From a bacterium (GTDB lineage: Bacteria; UBA8248), in the NCBI GenBank assembly GCA_965202625.1, contig CBDBBI010000010.1, positions 1,408,001-1,472,000 of the forward strand: a DNA stretch of 64,000 bases. Direction: 5' to 3'. This document shows, piece by piece, positions 11,311 through 20,069 of the stretch; the stretch's first letter is position 1; each line of letters begins with the position of its first letter. Under the pieces are notes generated by a model, which saw only the letters and a list, made by a program, of their open reading frames with translations, was not told where the DNA came from and did not search any database. The translations under genes and the position numbers were made by a program.

Positions 11311-11344
11311 AAAAAGCCGCTCCTTTTTCCAGGAGCGGCTTTTT
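11311..11344. terminator. bidirectional intrinsic terminator downstream of glnK
   Basis: AAAAAGCCGCTCCT-TTTTCC-AGGAGCGGCTTTTT perfect stem with A/T tails on both sides. Confidence 0.85.
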
Positions 11345-11377
11345 GAAAACTTGACGTTCTCTCGGGGAGCAGCCGGT

Positions 11378-11719
<342 letters not shown>

Positions 11720-11777
11720 TTATTCCCCTCAAGATAGATGACAACAGATGGACGCATTCCGCATTCACCCGCTCTCC

Positions 11778-13169
11778 TTAAAGCAGTCTCTCGCCCGCGT
11801 AGGCCTCCATCCCGTGCTCGGAGAGGTCTAGACCCGCCAACTCCTCCTCGGCGGAAACACGCACGCCTATGATCGCCTTCACTCCAAACCAAAGGATGAG
11901 AGACAAGAAGAAGGTGAACGCGCCGACTGCGATGACGCCCGTAAGCTGCTTGATGAAAAGTCCCGCGCCGCCGCCATAGAACAAGCCCACGACGCCTTCG
12001 TCAATTGATGGCGCGGCGAGTAAGCCGAGCGCAAGGGTGCCGAAGATGCCGCATACCAAGTGAACCGAAACGGCGCCAACCGGATCGTCTATCTTGATCC
12101 TATCGAGAAAGGGGATCGAGACGCAGACGATGACGCCCGCAGCCAGACCGATGATCACCGCTCCCATAGGCGTGACGTTGGCGCATGGCGCCGTGATGGC
12201 GACCAAGCCCGCGAGCGCGCCGTTCACGCTCATGGAAAGGTCCGCCTTGCCGAACATGGCGCGCGACGTGATGCTCGATGCCACGACGCCTGCCGCGGCG
12301 GCGAGGTTCGTCGTCACGGCAATGCGCGCGATAGCCCCCGCGTCAGCGGCCATCGTGCTGCCTGGGTTAAAACCGAACCATCCAAGCCATAAAATGAATC
12401 CACCCAACGTGACAAGCGGCATATTATGGCCCGGAATCGGCTGCATCCGTCCATCAGCCCCATATTTTCCGATCCGAGGGCCCAGAACGATGATTCCGGC
12501 CAACCCCGCCCAGCCGCCCACGGAGTGGACCACGGTCGAGCCTGCGAAATCGAGAAAACCCATGCCGCCCAACCAGCCGCCGCCCCAAATCCAGTGGCCT
12601 TGGACGGGATAGATGATGGCGACGAGCGCGAAGCTGAAGATCATGAACGAGGAGAACTTGATACGCTCGGCTACGCAGCCTGAAACGATGGTCGCCGCCG
12701 TCGCCGCGAATACGAGCTGGAAGAAAAACTTTGCGTATAGCGGCACGCCCGTCCAGTTGAGTGACGAAAAAACGCCTTTGTAGAGATCGTCCGTGGCCGG
12801 GCTATTGTCCGCCCCCGACAGGAAAAAGCCGTTCGTTCCGAGTATCGAGCTGCCATCACCAAACATGAGGGCGAAACCCAATATCCAGAACGCCAAGGAC
12901 GAGACGGCGAGGACGCCAAAATTCTTATAGAGAATCGCGACGGTGTTCTTCGCCCGGCAAAGCCCAGATTCCAGCATGGCGAAGCCCGCGTGCATCCAAA
13001 AAACCAAAAAACCGGCCATCATCACCCACATGGTGTCCGCCGCGACTTTGAGCTCAGCGAGGCTCTTGGACATGGCTTTGAGGTCCTGTGCCCAGCCGCT
13101 GGCGGCGAAAGACAAAACGCCCACGGCGAAAACCAGCGCCGTCGTCATATGAAGATTCTTTCTTCTCAT
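11778..13169 (-). CDS. amtB: ammonium transporter
   Basis: GFAMLESG, FFQLVFA, DFAGSTVVH, WLGWFGFNPGS and DDPVGAVSVH; start at 13169 follows GGAGGAAGG. Confidence 0.95.
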   Translation of the reverse strand: MRRKNLHMTTALVFAVGVLSFAASGWAQDLKAMSKSLAELKVAADTMWVMMAGFLVFWMHAGFAMLESGLCRAKNTVAILYKNFGVLAVSSLAFWILGFALMFGDGSSILGTNGFFLSGADNSPATDDLYKGVFSSLNWTGVPLYAKFFFQLVFAATAATIVSGCVAERIKFSSFMIFSFALVAIIYPVQGHWIWGGGWLGGMGFLDFAGSTVVHSVGGWAGLAGIIVLGPRIGKYGADGRMQPIPGHNMPLVTLGGFILWLGWFGFNPGSTMAADAGAIARIAVTTNLAAAAGVVASSITSRAMFGKADLSMSVNGALAGLVAITAPCANVTPMGAVIIGLAAGVIVCVSIPFLDRIKIDDPVGAVSVHLVCGIFGTLALGLLAAPSIDEGVVGLFYGGGAGLFIKQLTGVIAVGAFTFFLSLILWFGVKAIIGVRVSAEEELAGLDLSEHGMEAYAGERLL

Positions 13170-13252
13170 GTTCCTTCCTCCAATACAGTTTAGATTGTCG
13201 CCAGAACTTGCGCTGAGCGCACCACCGCGAAAATTTCTTCTCATTTGTATTG

Positions 13253-13278
13253 GAGAAATATTTCAGCCTCGTTTCCTT
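13253..13278 (-). repeat. right copy of the 26-bp inverted repeat bracketing amtB-glnK
   Basis: Reverse complement AAGGAAACGAGGCTGAAATATTTCTC; lies about 85-110 nt upstream of the amtB start. Confidence 0.85.
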
Positions 13279-13331
13279 CGTATTACCCAAAAGTTAATAA
13301 TATCCATCCAAAATGCCCGCGGCCTATCGGT

Positions 13332-13360
13332 TTGACAGGCCATGTAGGGCGTGTTAGCAA
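13332..13360 (+). promoter_or_regulatory. putative sigma70 promoter for the CMD-cyclase genes
   Basis: TTGACA-17 nt-TAGCAA with a TG extension; the -10 element is imperfect. Confidence 0.4.
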
Positions 13361-13411
13361 TTTCGGAAACTCGACAAAATTTCTCTCACCAGAACCGTTC
13401 AAGGAGAAAGG

Positions 13412-13897
13412 ATGCCGCGAAAACAAAAACCCAAAATTCCCGCAAACGCCTTAAAGCGCGGCGCACAACTGTGGACCAAGGAATTCACCGAGCGCATCGG
13501 CCATGACATGGCCGAATGGGCAGGCGAGGAATTCATGGAGCTGTTCATGAATTTCTGCTACGGCGGGCTTTATGACCGAAACGTCTTGTCCCAGAAAACC
13601 CGGGAGCTTTGCGCCGTGGCCGCCTGCGTCATGGCCAACGCGCATCCGCAGTTGCGCACCCATATTCAGGCCGCGTGGAACTGCGGAGCCACGAAGCGGG
13701 AGATCATGGAAGTCATCATCCAGATGGCCACCTATTGCGGTATGCCTTATATGCTGCAAGCAGCCCGAGTCGCCGCAAACGACGTTTTTCCCTCACTCAA
13801 GCGTGGTCAAAAGGCCGCCGTCCCGCCACCGGGGCTGAATCTGGAAAAAACGCCCTCTCCAACCACCAAACGCCGGACGGCTCGCAAGGCCGAATAA
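13412..13897 (+). CDS. carboxymuconolactone decarboxylase family protein
   Basis: YGGLYDRNVLSQKTREL...QLRTHIQAAWNCGATKREIMEVIIQMATYCGMP is the typical CMD pattern. Confidence 0.88.
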   Translation: MPRKQKPKIPANALKRGAQLWTKEFTERIGHDMAEWAGEEFMELFMNFCYGGLYDRNVLSQKTRELCAVAACVMANAHPQLRTHIQAAWNCGATKREIMEVIIQMATYCGMPYMLQAARVAANDVFPSLKRGQKAAVPPPGLNLEKTPSPTTKRRTARKAE

Positions 13898-13924
13898 AAT
13901 CAAATCCAGGAGGAGTCCTCTAAA

Positions 13925-14701
13925 ATGGCTCGCAGGTTTGTCGATTTGAGCGTTCCCCTACAAAACGCGCCGATGGAAAACAATCCAGCCGTCATTCAAT
14001 ATGTAGACCATGTCGAGTTGGGGCGTGCGCGAACCAAATCATACAAGTTTCCAGACACCAGCTACTTTCCAGACAACATGCACTGCGCGACTGAACACAT
14101 CACCTCCGTCAGCACGCACAGCGGCACACACCTCGACTCCCCCTACCACTATGGTCCTGAATGCGAAGGAAAACCCTCGAAAACCATTGACCTCGTTCCC
14201 CTTGAGTGGTGCATGAGCGATGGTGTCGTCCTGGACTTTCATGACGTCGAGCGCGGGCACAACATCACGGTGGAGGAAACGCGGCGGAAAGTGGCAGCCC
14301 TTGAGGAGAAAAGCTATTCGCTCAAGCCCATGGACATCGTCCTCATCCGCACCGACCACACCACCAAATACCTGTATTCTCCCCACTTTGAACAAACCCA
14401 TCCCGGCATGAGCGCGGACGCCACAGAATGGCTAGTGGACCAGGGAATCAAGGTGATGGGGATAGACGCATGGGGCTTTGACATTCCCGTCTCCCAGATG
14501 ACGGAACTCAGACGTCAGGGAAACACGAAAGATTTTTTTGGCAGTCATTTCCTGGGCCGCAGGAAGGAGTATATTCACGCGGAAAAACTCACGAACCTCG
14601 ATAAAATTCCTGAATTCGGATTTACCGTCTCTATGCTCCCGGTCAAGATAGAGCGCGCGAGCGGCGCATGGTGCCGGGCGGTGGCCATCATTGACGATTA
14701 G
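13925..14701 (+). CDS. cyclase family metal-dependent hydrolase (kynurenine formamidase-like)
   Basis: HSGTHLDSPYH, DIVLIRT, GIDAWGFD and EKLTNL motifs. Confidence 0.88.
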   Translation: MARRFVDLSVPLQNAPMENNPAVIQYVDHVELGRARTKSYKFPDTSYFPDNMHCATEHITSVSTHSGTHLDSPYHYGPECEGKPSKTIDLVPLEWCMSDGVVLDFHDVERGHNITVEETRRKVAALEEKSYSLKPMDIVLIRTDHTTKYLYSPHFEQTHPGMSADATEWLVDQGIKVMGIDAWGFDIPVSQMTELRRQGNTKDFFGSHFLGRRKEYIHAEKLTNLDKIPEFGFTVSMLPVKIERASGAWCRAVAIIDD

Positions 14702-14828
14702 GGCTGGTCTCTGGCAATGAAGAGCGTCTCAGGCCCCAAGGCGATGATTTTCAGAAAAATATGTTAGTATCCTACCCCATGGAGCGAGGGTGCGGAGGTG
14801 CGGAAACGAAATCCAAAGGAGCGATTTG

Positions 14829-15026
14829 ATGGCCTTGCATGAGAGCACAGTGAACCAAAAAGTCCCGTCTGACAGGCTCATTCAACGAATCCAGGCCATC
14901 AAGCCTGCTATATTGGCAATCGCCCTCGGCGTATTCATCCTCTATGGCGTGGGCTTCGCTCAGCCACAGATTTTGCATGACGCCGCTCATGACGTCCGAC
15001 ACGCATTCGCCTTGCCCTGCCACTAA
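14829..15026 (+). CDS. cbtB: CbtB-family small membrane protein (proposed cobalt transporter subunit)
   Basis: One TM helix followed by GFAQPQILHDAAHDVRHAFALPCH, the CbtB C-terminal signature; AAGGAG RBS. Confidence 0.85.
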   Translation: MALHESTVNQKVPSDRLIQRIQAIKPAILAIALGVFILYGVGFAQPQILHDAAHDVRHAFALPCH

Positions 15027-15086
15027 CAGGCGAGCGCGACGCCTCGCCGAACCAGAGACGGCTCCTTTTACCTTAGGGCGCCGTTT

Positions 15087-15467
15087 TTGAGGAACCGGAT
15101 GCCCTTGGATAGAGTAGAGCATCGGCCTTGGGGATACTACACCGTGTTGGCTGATGAGCCAGACCACAAGGTCAAGCGGGTCGTCATTCATCCAGGGCAG
15201 CGTCTCAGCCTGCAGAGGCACACCCGCAGGAAGGAGCATTGGCACGCCATATCCGGCCAAGCCATCCTCACCCTGGAAGCGGAGGAGTTGTCGTTCTCCG
15301 CCGGTCAAAGTATCGACATTCCCGAAAGTGCCTGGCACCGGATTCAAAACGAAAAGGGCGCGCCCTTCGTCTTTATTGAGGTGCAAACTGGTGCCTATTT
15401 CGGCGAAGATGACATTGAACGCCGAGAAGACGATTACGGGAGAATGCAAGGACACATCTATGGATAG
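15087..15467 (+). CDS. mannose-6-phosphate isomerase type II C-terminal cupin
   Basis: RPWGYY, RLSLQRH...EHW, HRIQN and EVQTGAYFGEDDIER motifs. Confidence 0.88.
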   Translation: MRNRMPLDRVEHRPWGYYTVLADEPDHKVKRVVIHPGQRLSLQRHTRRKEHWHAISGQAILTLEAEELSFSAGQSIDIPESAWHRIQNEKGAPFVFIEVQTGAYFGEDDIERREDDYGRMQGHIYG

Positions 15468-15534
15468 CCGAGCAAGGAAACACGTCTTTTAGAATGGGAG
15501 TGCGTTCCACGTTCATCGCAAGGTGCATCAAAAT

Positions 15535-16734
15535 CTAGTCCTTGCGAAGCTGCTCCAGTGCGCCAGCCAAACGCTCCACCCCTCGCTCGCACTCTTCCGT
15601 AGAACAAGAGTAAGCGATTCTAAGATGCCCCTCTCCACCAAAAACGGTGCCGTTCACCGTGGCGATGGCGTGTTCATTGAGCAGATAACGCGCCACCTCG
15701 CCCGAGGTGTCACCAAAAGCGCCCACATTCGGGAACGCATAAAACGCACCCGTGGGCTCTGCGAGGGTGACGCCCTCTATGGCGCGCAACCCCTCTGATA
15801 TTACATGCCGCCGTTTGTCGAATTCATGGGTCATCGCCTCCATGGGGCCCTGATCTTCAAGCACGCCTAGCGCCGCGCCATGCTGGATGAACGTGTTGAC
15901 GCAAACGGTGGTGTATTGGCGAATCTTGAGTAGGTGGCGAGTAACCTCGGGGCTGGCCACCGTCCAGCCGAGACGCCAGCCATCCATGCTGTAGAACTTT
16001 GAAAACCCGTTGATGATCACCGTGCGCTCCGCCATGCCAGGTTGTGAGAAAATGCTCGGAGCACACGGCGCATCCCCATAATATATCCGCGCGTATATCT
16101 CATCACTGAGGACCATGAGATTGCGTCTCACCGCCAGCTCGGCGATTTTTTTGAGTTCATCCTCAGGAATCGTGCATCCCGTGGGATTGCCGGGTGAGGT
16201 GAGACAAACGAGTTTCGTCCTGGGCGTCAAAGTCGCCTCAATGTCCTCGGCACGCAACGCGAAATCGTTCTCTTCCTTCGTTTCCACCTCGACGGGCACG
16301 CCGCCCGCCAACGCCGTGCAGGACTTGTAATGATGCCAGTTTGGTCGCGCGACGATCACCTCATCACCAGGGTTGATCAAGGCCAGCATGGAAACCATGA
16401 TGCCCTCATTCGCCCCCGCCATGACGATCACCTGCGTATCGGGGTTCACCTCCACGTCGGTGTCGATCTCCGTCCTGTATGCAATGCCTTTGCGGAGTGC
16501 GGGAACCCCCGTACTGGGCGCGTAGTGCACGTCCCCTCGGGCGAGGGATTCGGCCGCCCCTTGCTTGATGTGCTCGGGCGTATCGAAATCCGTGCGACCG
16601 ATTTGCCAATGGATGACGTCACGCCCCTCGCCTTCGAGTTTCGCCACGGCGTCGAATACCTTGCGAATGCCCGAGAAGGGAATTTGCTCCAAACGATCCG
16701 CACCGGCGGCCTGGGCGTCAAAAGCAAAGCGCAT
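15535..16734 (-). CDS. PLP-dependent aminotransferase class I/II
   Basis: SPGNPTG, SDEIY and NGFSKFYSMDGWRLG (PLP lysine) motifs. Confidence 0.9.
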   Translation of the reverse strand: MRFAFDAQAAGADRLEQIPFSGIRKVFDAVAKLEGEGRDVIHWQIGRTDFDTPEHIKQGAAESLARGDVHYAPSTGVPALRKGIAYRTEIDTDVEVNPDTQVIVMAGANEGIMVSMLALINPGDEVIVARPNWHHYKSCTALAGGVPVEVETKEENDFALRAEDIEATLTPRTKLVCLTSPGNPTGCTIPEDELKKIAELAVRRNLMVLSDEIYARIYYGDAPCAPSIFSQPGMAERTVIINGFSKFYSMDGWRLGWTVASPEVTRHLLKIRQYTTVCVNTFIQHGAALGVLEDQGPMEAMTHEFDKRRHVISEGLRAIEGVTLAEPTGAFYAFPNVGAFGDTSGEVARYLLNEHAIATVNGTVFGGEGHLRIAYSCSTEECERGVERLAGALEQLRKD

Positions 16735-16887
16735 CTCAACGTCTCCTTCCAAGTAAATAGAACGAGAATAATTTCAAGAAAATACCGGCTTCAAACCACC
16801 GGAAAAAACGATAGAAATCGCCCATCAGAGCCCGGCAGGGGTCCCCATAGCAAAATGCCTCACGCAAATTCCAAACGCACACTCCAC

Positions 16888-17676
16888 CTAGAGCAACTCC
16901 CCTCGCACGACGCTCACGGCCTTGCCCCCTAAAACGATGCGATCCCCTAAAATTCTCAGGCGCACCACGCCGCCCCTCTCAGACGCCTGGTAGGCCGTGA
17001 ACTCTTCTTTTTCAAGACGCTCCGCCCAAAACGGGCCCAAGCAGCAGTGGGCAGAACCCGTCACTGGGTCTTCGTCCACGCCAAGGCCGGGCGCGAAGAA
17101 ACGAGAGACGAAATCATACACCGGGTCATCCGCGCGCGCCGTAACGATGCAGCCACGCATGGGAACCGTCTCAAGAAGGTGAAAATCAGGCGCCACCGCC
17201 TTAAGCGCGGCCTCAGAATCGGCTTCCACCAGATAATCAAGCTCATTTTTCCCCACATAGCGGGGTGTAAGTCCAAGGCCTTCCACCAAGCCCTCCGGAG
17301 GCGCGGCGGGCGCCTGCCGCAGGACTGGAAAATTCATCTCAATCCATCCCTCTTTTCGCTCACAGGTCAAAACTCCGCTCTTGGTGTGAAAGATAGCCGT
17401 CTCATCAACTCCAAGGTACCCCTCCTCCCAGAGAACATGGGCACTCGCAAGCGTCGCGTGGCCGCAAAGGTCCACCTCGCTCACGGGCGTGAACCAGCGC
17501 AGACCGTAGCCGTCTTCTTGCTTCACCAAAAACGCGGTTTCGGAAAGATTCATCTCCTCCGCAACGCGCCGCATCCATCCTGCATCCACTGAAGCAGGCA
17601 AGATGCAAACGGCAGCCGGATTGCCTGAGAAGGGCGCGTCAGTAAATGCGTCCACCTGAAGGATAGGAAACGACAT
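16888..17676 (-). CDS. PhzF family epimerase/isomerase
   Basis: QVDAFT...GNPAAV, NLSETAF, EVDLCGHATL and EDPVTGSAH motifs. Confidence 0.92.
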   Translation of the reverse strand: MSFPILQVDAFTDAPFSGNPAAVCILPASVDAGWMRRVAEEMNLSETAFLVKQEDGYGLRWFTPVSEVDLCGHATLASAHVLWEEGYLGVDETAIFHTKSGVLTCERKEGWIEMNFPVLRQAPAAPPEGLVEGLGLTPRYVGKNELDYLVEADSEAALKAVAPDFHLLETVPMRGCIVTARADDPVYDFVSRFFAPGLGVDEDPVTGSAHCCLGPFWAERLEKEEFTAYQASERGGVVRLRILGDRIVLGGKAVSVVRGELL

Positions 17677-17702
17677 AGAGTCTTCTCTCAAAAGAAAAGG
17701 GG

Positions 17703-18170
17703 TCAGATTCGTCTGACGACGTCGCCCGCCCGAATGACACCCTCGCCTAGAATCTGCGCATTCAGCCCCGAGCGGTTCAAAAGCACGTCAAACAATCCCT
17801 CTATTCCCAACAAATTCTCAAAATATCTGCAGGGCTCGTTCAAGCGAATCCCGCGCATCCTCACGTCGCCCACCCAAAAATCAGCTCCCACCAAATGATT
17901 GAGCGGAACGCCGCGCGTCACGATGTTTCTTCTGCTTTGGCCTGCGTCAAGATGGATGCGGTGATCTCGAGCGAGTGCCTCAATGGCTTCTATTTCGATG
18001 AGAGTGGCCTCGCGATCCGGCCCTCGCCGTTTCGAGTATGTTCCCACGCCCTCGGCATAGCGATCTCCCGCCAGCCCCGCCCCCTTGAGCGCTTGCGCCT
18101 CGACGATCTCCACCATGGGCTCACCCGCCACCGAAGCGATGTGAACCGAGACCACCTCACCCTCAAACAT
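17703..18170 (-). CDS. MOSC domain-containing protein
   Basis: GLAGDRY, SRRNIVTRG, EPC and G..IRAGD motifs; the ATG at 18170 overlaps the upstream stop (TGATG). Confidence 0.88.
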   Translation of the reverse strand: MFEGEVVSVHIASVAGEPMVEIVEAQALKGAGLAGDRYAEGVGTYSKRRGPDREATLIEIEAIEALARDHRIHLDAGQSRRNIVTRGVPLNHLVGADFWVGDVRMRGIRLNEPCRYFENLLGIEGLFDVLLNRSGLNAQILGEGVIRAGDVVRRI

Positions 18171-18412
18171 CACAACTTCGTATGCGCCCGGATGCGCTCG
18201 ACCACTTTCGCCTCCGTGGGAAAAGCTCCTGAATCGAGTTTCGACCACAAGAGCGCACCGTCAAGAACCAGCTCGAAGGAGCCGAAGCGATATTGTCCGC
18301 TCTCGTTTCCAACGATTTCCAAATCCGGAAAATGTTTTTTCAAATCCTGAGCTAACTGCTCATACTGAGGTCTATAGTTTCATTTTTGGCAGTATTCAAC
18401 ATGAAGTTTCAT
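18170..18412 (-). CDS. SelW/SelT/SelH (Rdx family) selenoprotein, 80 aa, Sec at codon 11
   Basis: Manual translation MKLHVEYCQK-U(TGA 18380-18382)-NYRPQYEQLAQDLKKHFPDLEIVGNESGQYRFGSFELVLDGALLWSKLDSGAFPTEAKVVERIRAHTKL; CxxU, GSFE and WSK..G.FP Rdx motifs; AAGGAGGG RBS. Not in the ORF track. Confidence 0.92.
18342..18373 (-). promoter_or_regulatory. putative bacterial SECIS element
   Basis: mRNA hairpin UGAGC-AGUUA-GCUCA with a GU-containing loop starting 22 nt after the in-frame UGA, plus a possible lower stem. Confidence 0.7.
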
Positions 18413-18620
18413 CCATTCCCTCCTTAGGCAAGGAAGATAAGCGGGCGAACATCCCTATCATAGGAGAACTACGTCGTGAGGAGAAGGGAGGCAGGAACTA
18501 AATCCCAAGATTACGTTTTCCAGGCTTTGGCAAAAATTCGTCAAATCCGCACGCGGCTTGACTCATTCACCGAGGCAAGGGGAGAATTTCTCCGGTTTTC
18601 AAAAAAATCAAGGAGAAAAA

Positions 18621-20024
18621 ATGGCTGGAATTACCCGCATAGGCGCGTATATCCCCTTTCATCGGCTGCAGGGCGACACCGTAAGAGCCGTGTGGGGGAC
18701 GGGCGGCGCAAAGGCGTCGCGCCCACTGGCCGGTTTTGATGAAGACGCGATCACCATGGGGGTGGAGGCGTTGATCAATGCCGCCGGCTGGGGCGACTCC
18801 CAAGTCGATTCGCTTTATTTTGCCTCCACGTCCCACCCATACGCCGAGAAGTCAAACGCGAGCGTTCTCGCCGCAGCAGCCGACTTGCCTGAGAAGCTCT
18901 TCACGCTCGACGTGGGCGGATCGGTGCGCGCGGGCGCGTCCGCCCTTAAGGCCGCGTGCGACGCCGTAGAGGCCGGATCATCCAAGGTAGCGGCCGTGGT
19001 GGCGGCGGAGAAAAGGCCCTCGCTTCCGGGAAGTCCTGACGAACTCGGCCTTTGCGATGGCGCGGCGACGCTGCTCCTGGGCAAAGGAGACGAGGTCGCC
19101 GCAGAAATCGAGGCGGTTTATGCGTGGTCTGAGGATTTTATCGACCGGTGGCGGTTGCCGGGCGCGAACGCCGTCTCCGCCGGCGACGCCAAATTCATTC
19201 AGGACTATGGCTACGTGCGCCAGAGCGTCGCCACGGTCGAGGGCTTGCTCAAACAAACGGGCGCCACGAGAGAAGACATCGCCCGCGTGCTGGTCTATGC
19301 CCCCGACCCCCGCGCCCATGTGGCGATTTGCAGAAAATTGGGCTTTCCTGAAAACGCCTATCCCGAGCGACCCCTCGTCGCGCGTTTGGGGGACGCCGGG
19401 GCGGCCGCTCCTCTGCTCTCCCTGATGGACGCGCTCCAAAATGCGGCGCCTGGGGAGCACATCATCGTCGCTGGCCACGGGAGCGGAGGCGATGCCATTT
19501 TGCTGCGCGCGACGGATAAGGTGGACTCCCTCAAGGCGCAGCGCGGCCTTGACTGGTCTTTGGAGCGCGCGCGTCCCATTCAAAATTACGGCCAATGGCT
19601 CCAATATCGCGGCCTCTCTCCCGAGGAGGAAATCAGGCCCTTCTCCTCACCCAGCATTCTGTGGAAGGAAAGCAGGGCGAACATGCGCCTGATGGCGGGG
19701 GTGTGTCGCTCGTGCCGAGAGCTCCAGTATCCTCGGCAACGGGTTTGCAACGCCTGCGGAACGAGAGATGAATGGGATGAGCGAAAACTAAGCCGCCGAG
19801 GGAGAATATTCACCTTCGTCCACGATTATCTGCCCCCATCGCCGGATGGCTTCATCACGATGGCCACGGCTGATATCGAGGGCGGCGGACGATTCTATGG
19901 CCAAATGACGAATCACGTGAGGGACGACGTCCACATCGGCATGGAATGCGAACTCACTTTCAGGCTTCTCCATCAGGGCGATGGGTATTACAATTATTAC
20001 TGGAAACTGCGCCCCGCCAAATAG
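18621..20024 (+). CDS. HMG-CoA-synthase-like domain fused to a Zn-ribbon/OB-fold (DUF35) domain
   Basis: MAGITRIGAYIP, DEDAITMGVEA, LYFASTS and DGAA in the N-terminal domain; C-terminal CRSC...YPRQRVCNAC and OB-fold ending YYWK. Confidence 0.85.
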   Translation: MAGITRIGAYIPFHRLQGDTVRAVWGTGGAKASRPLAGFDEDAITMGVEALINAAGWGDSQVDSLYFASTSHPYAEKSNASVLAAAADLPEKLFTLDVGGSVRAGASALKAACDAVEAGSSKVAAVVAAEKRPSLPGSPDELGLCDGAATLLLGKGDEVAAEIEAVYAWSEDFIDRWRLPGANAVSAGDAKFIQDYGYVRQSVATVEGLLKQTGATREDIARVLVYAPDPRAHVAICRKLGFPENAYPERPLVARLGDAGAAAPLLSLMDALQNAAPGEHIIVAGHGSGGDAILLRATDKVDSLKAQRGLDWSLERARPIQNYGQWLQYRGLSPEEEIRPFSSPSILWKESRANMRLMAGVCRSCRELQYPRQRVCNACGTRDEWDERKLSRRGRIFTFVHDYLPPSPDGFITMATADIEGGGRFYGQMTNHVRDDVHIGMECELTFRLLHQGDGYYNYYWKLRPAK

Positions 20025-20069
20025 AAGTCCCATATTTGCAGGGGGCCACCTTTGTTCAAGGAGTTCGAC

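Noticed and set aside
14702-14828. Possible cobalamin riboswitch upstream of cbtB
   Set aside because: The region is short and has no B12-box consensus.
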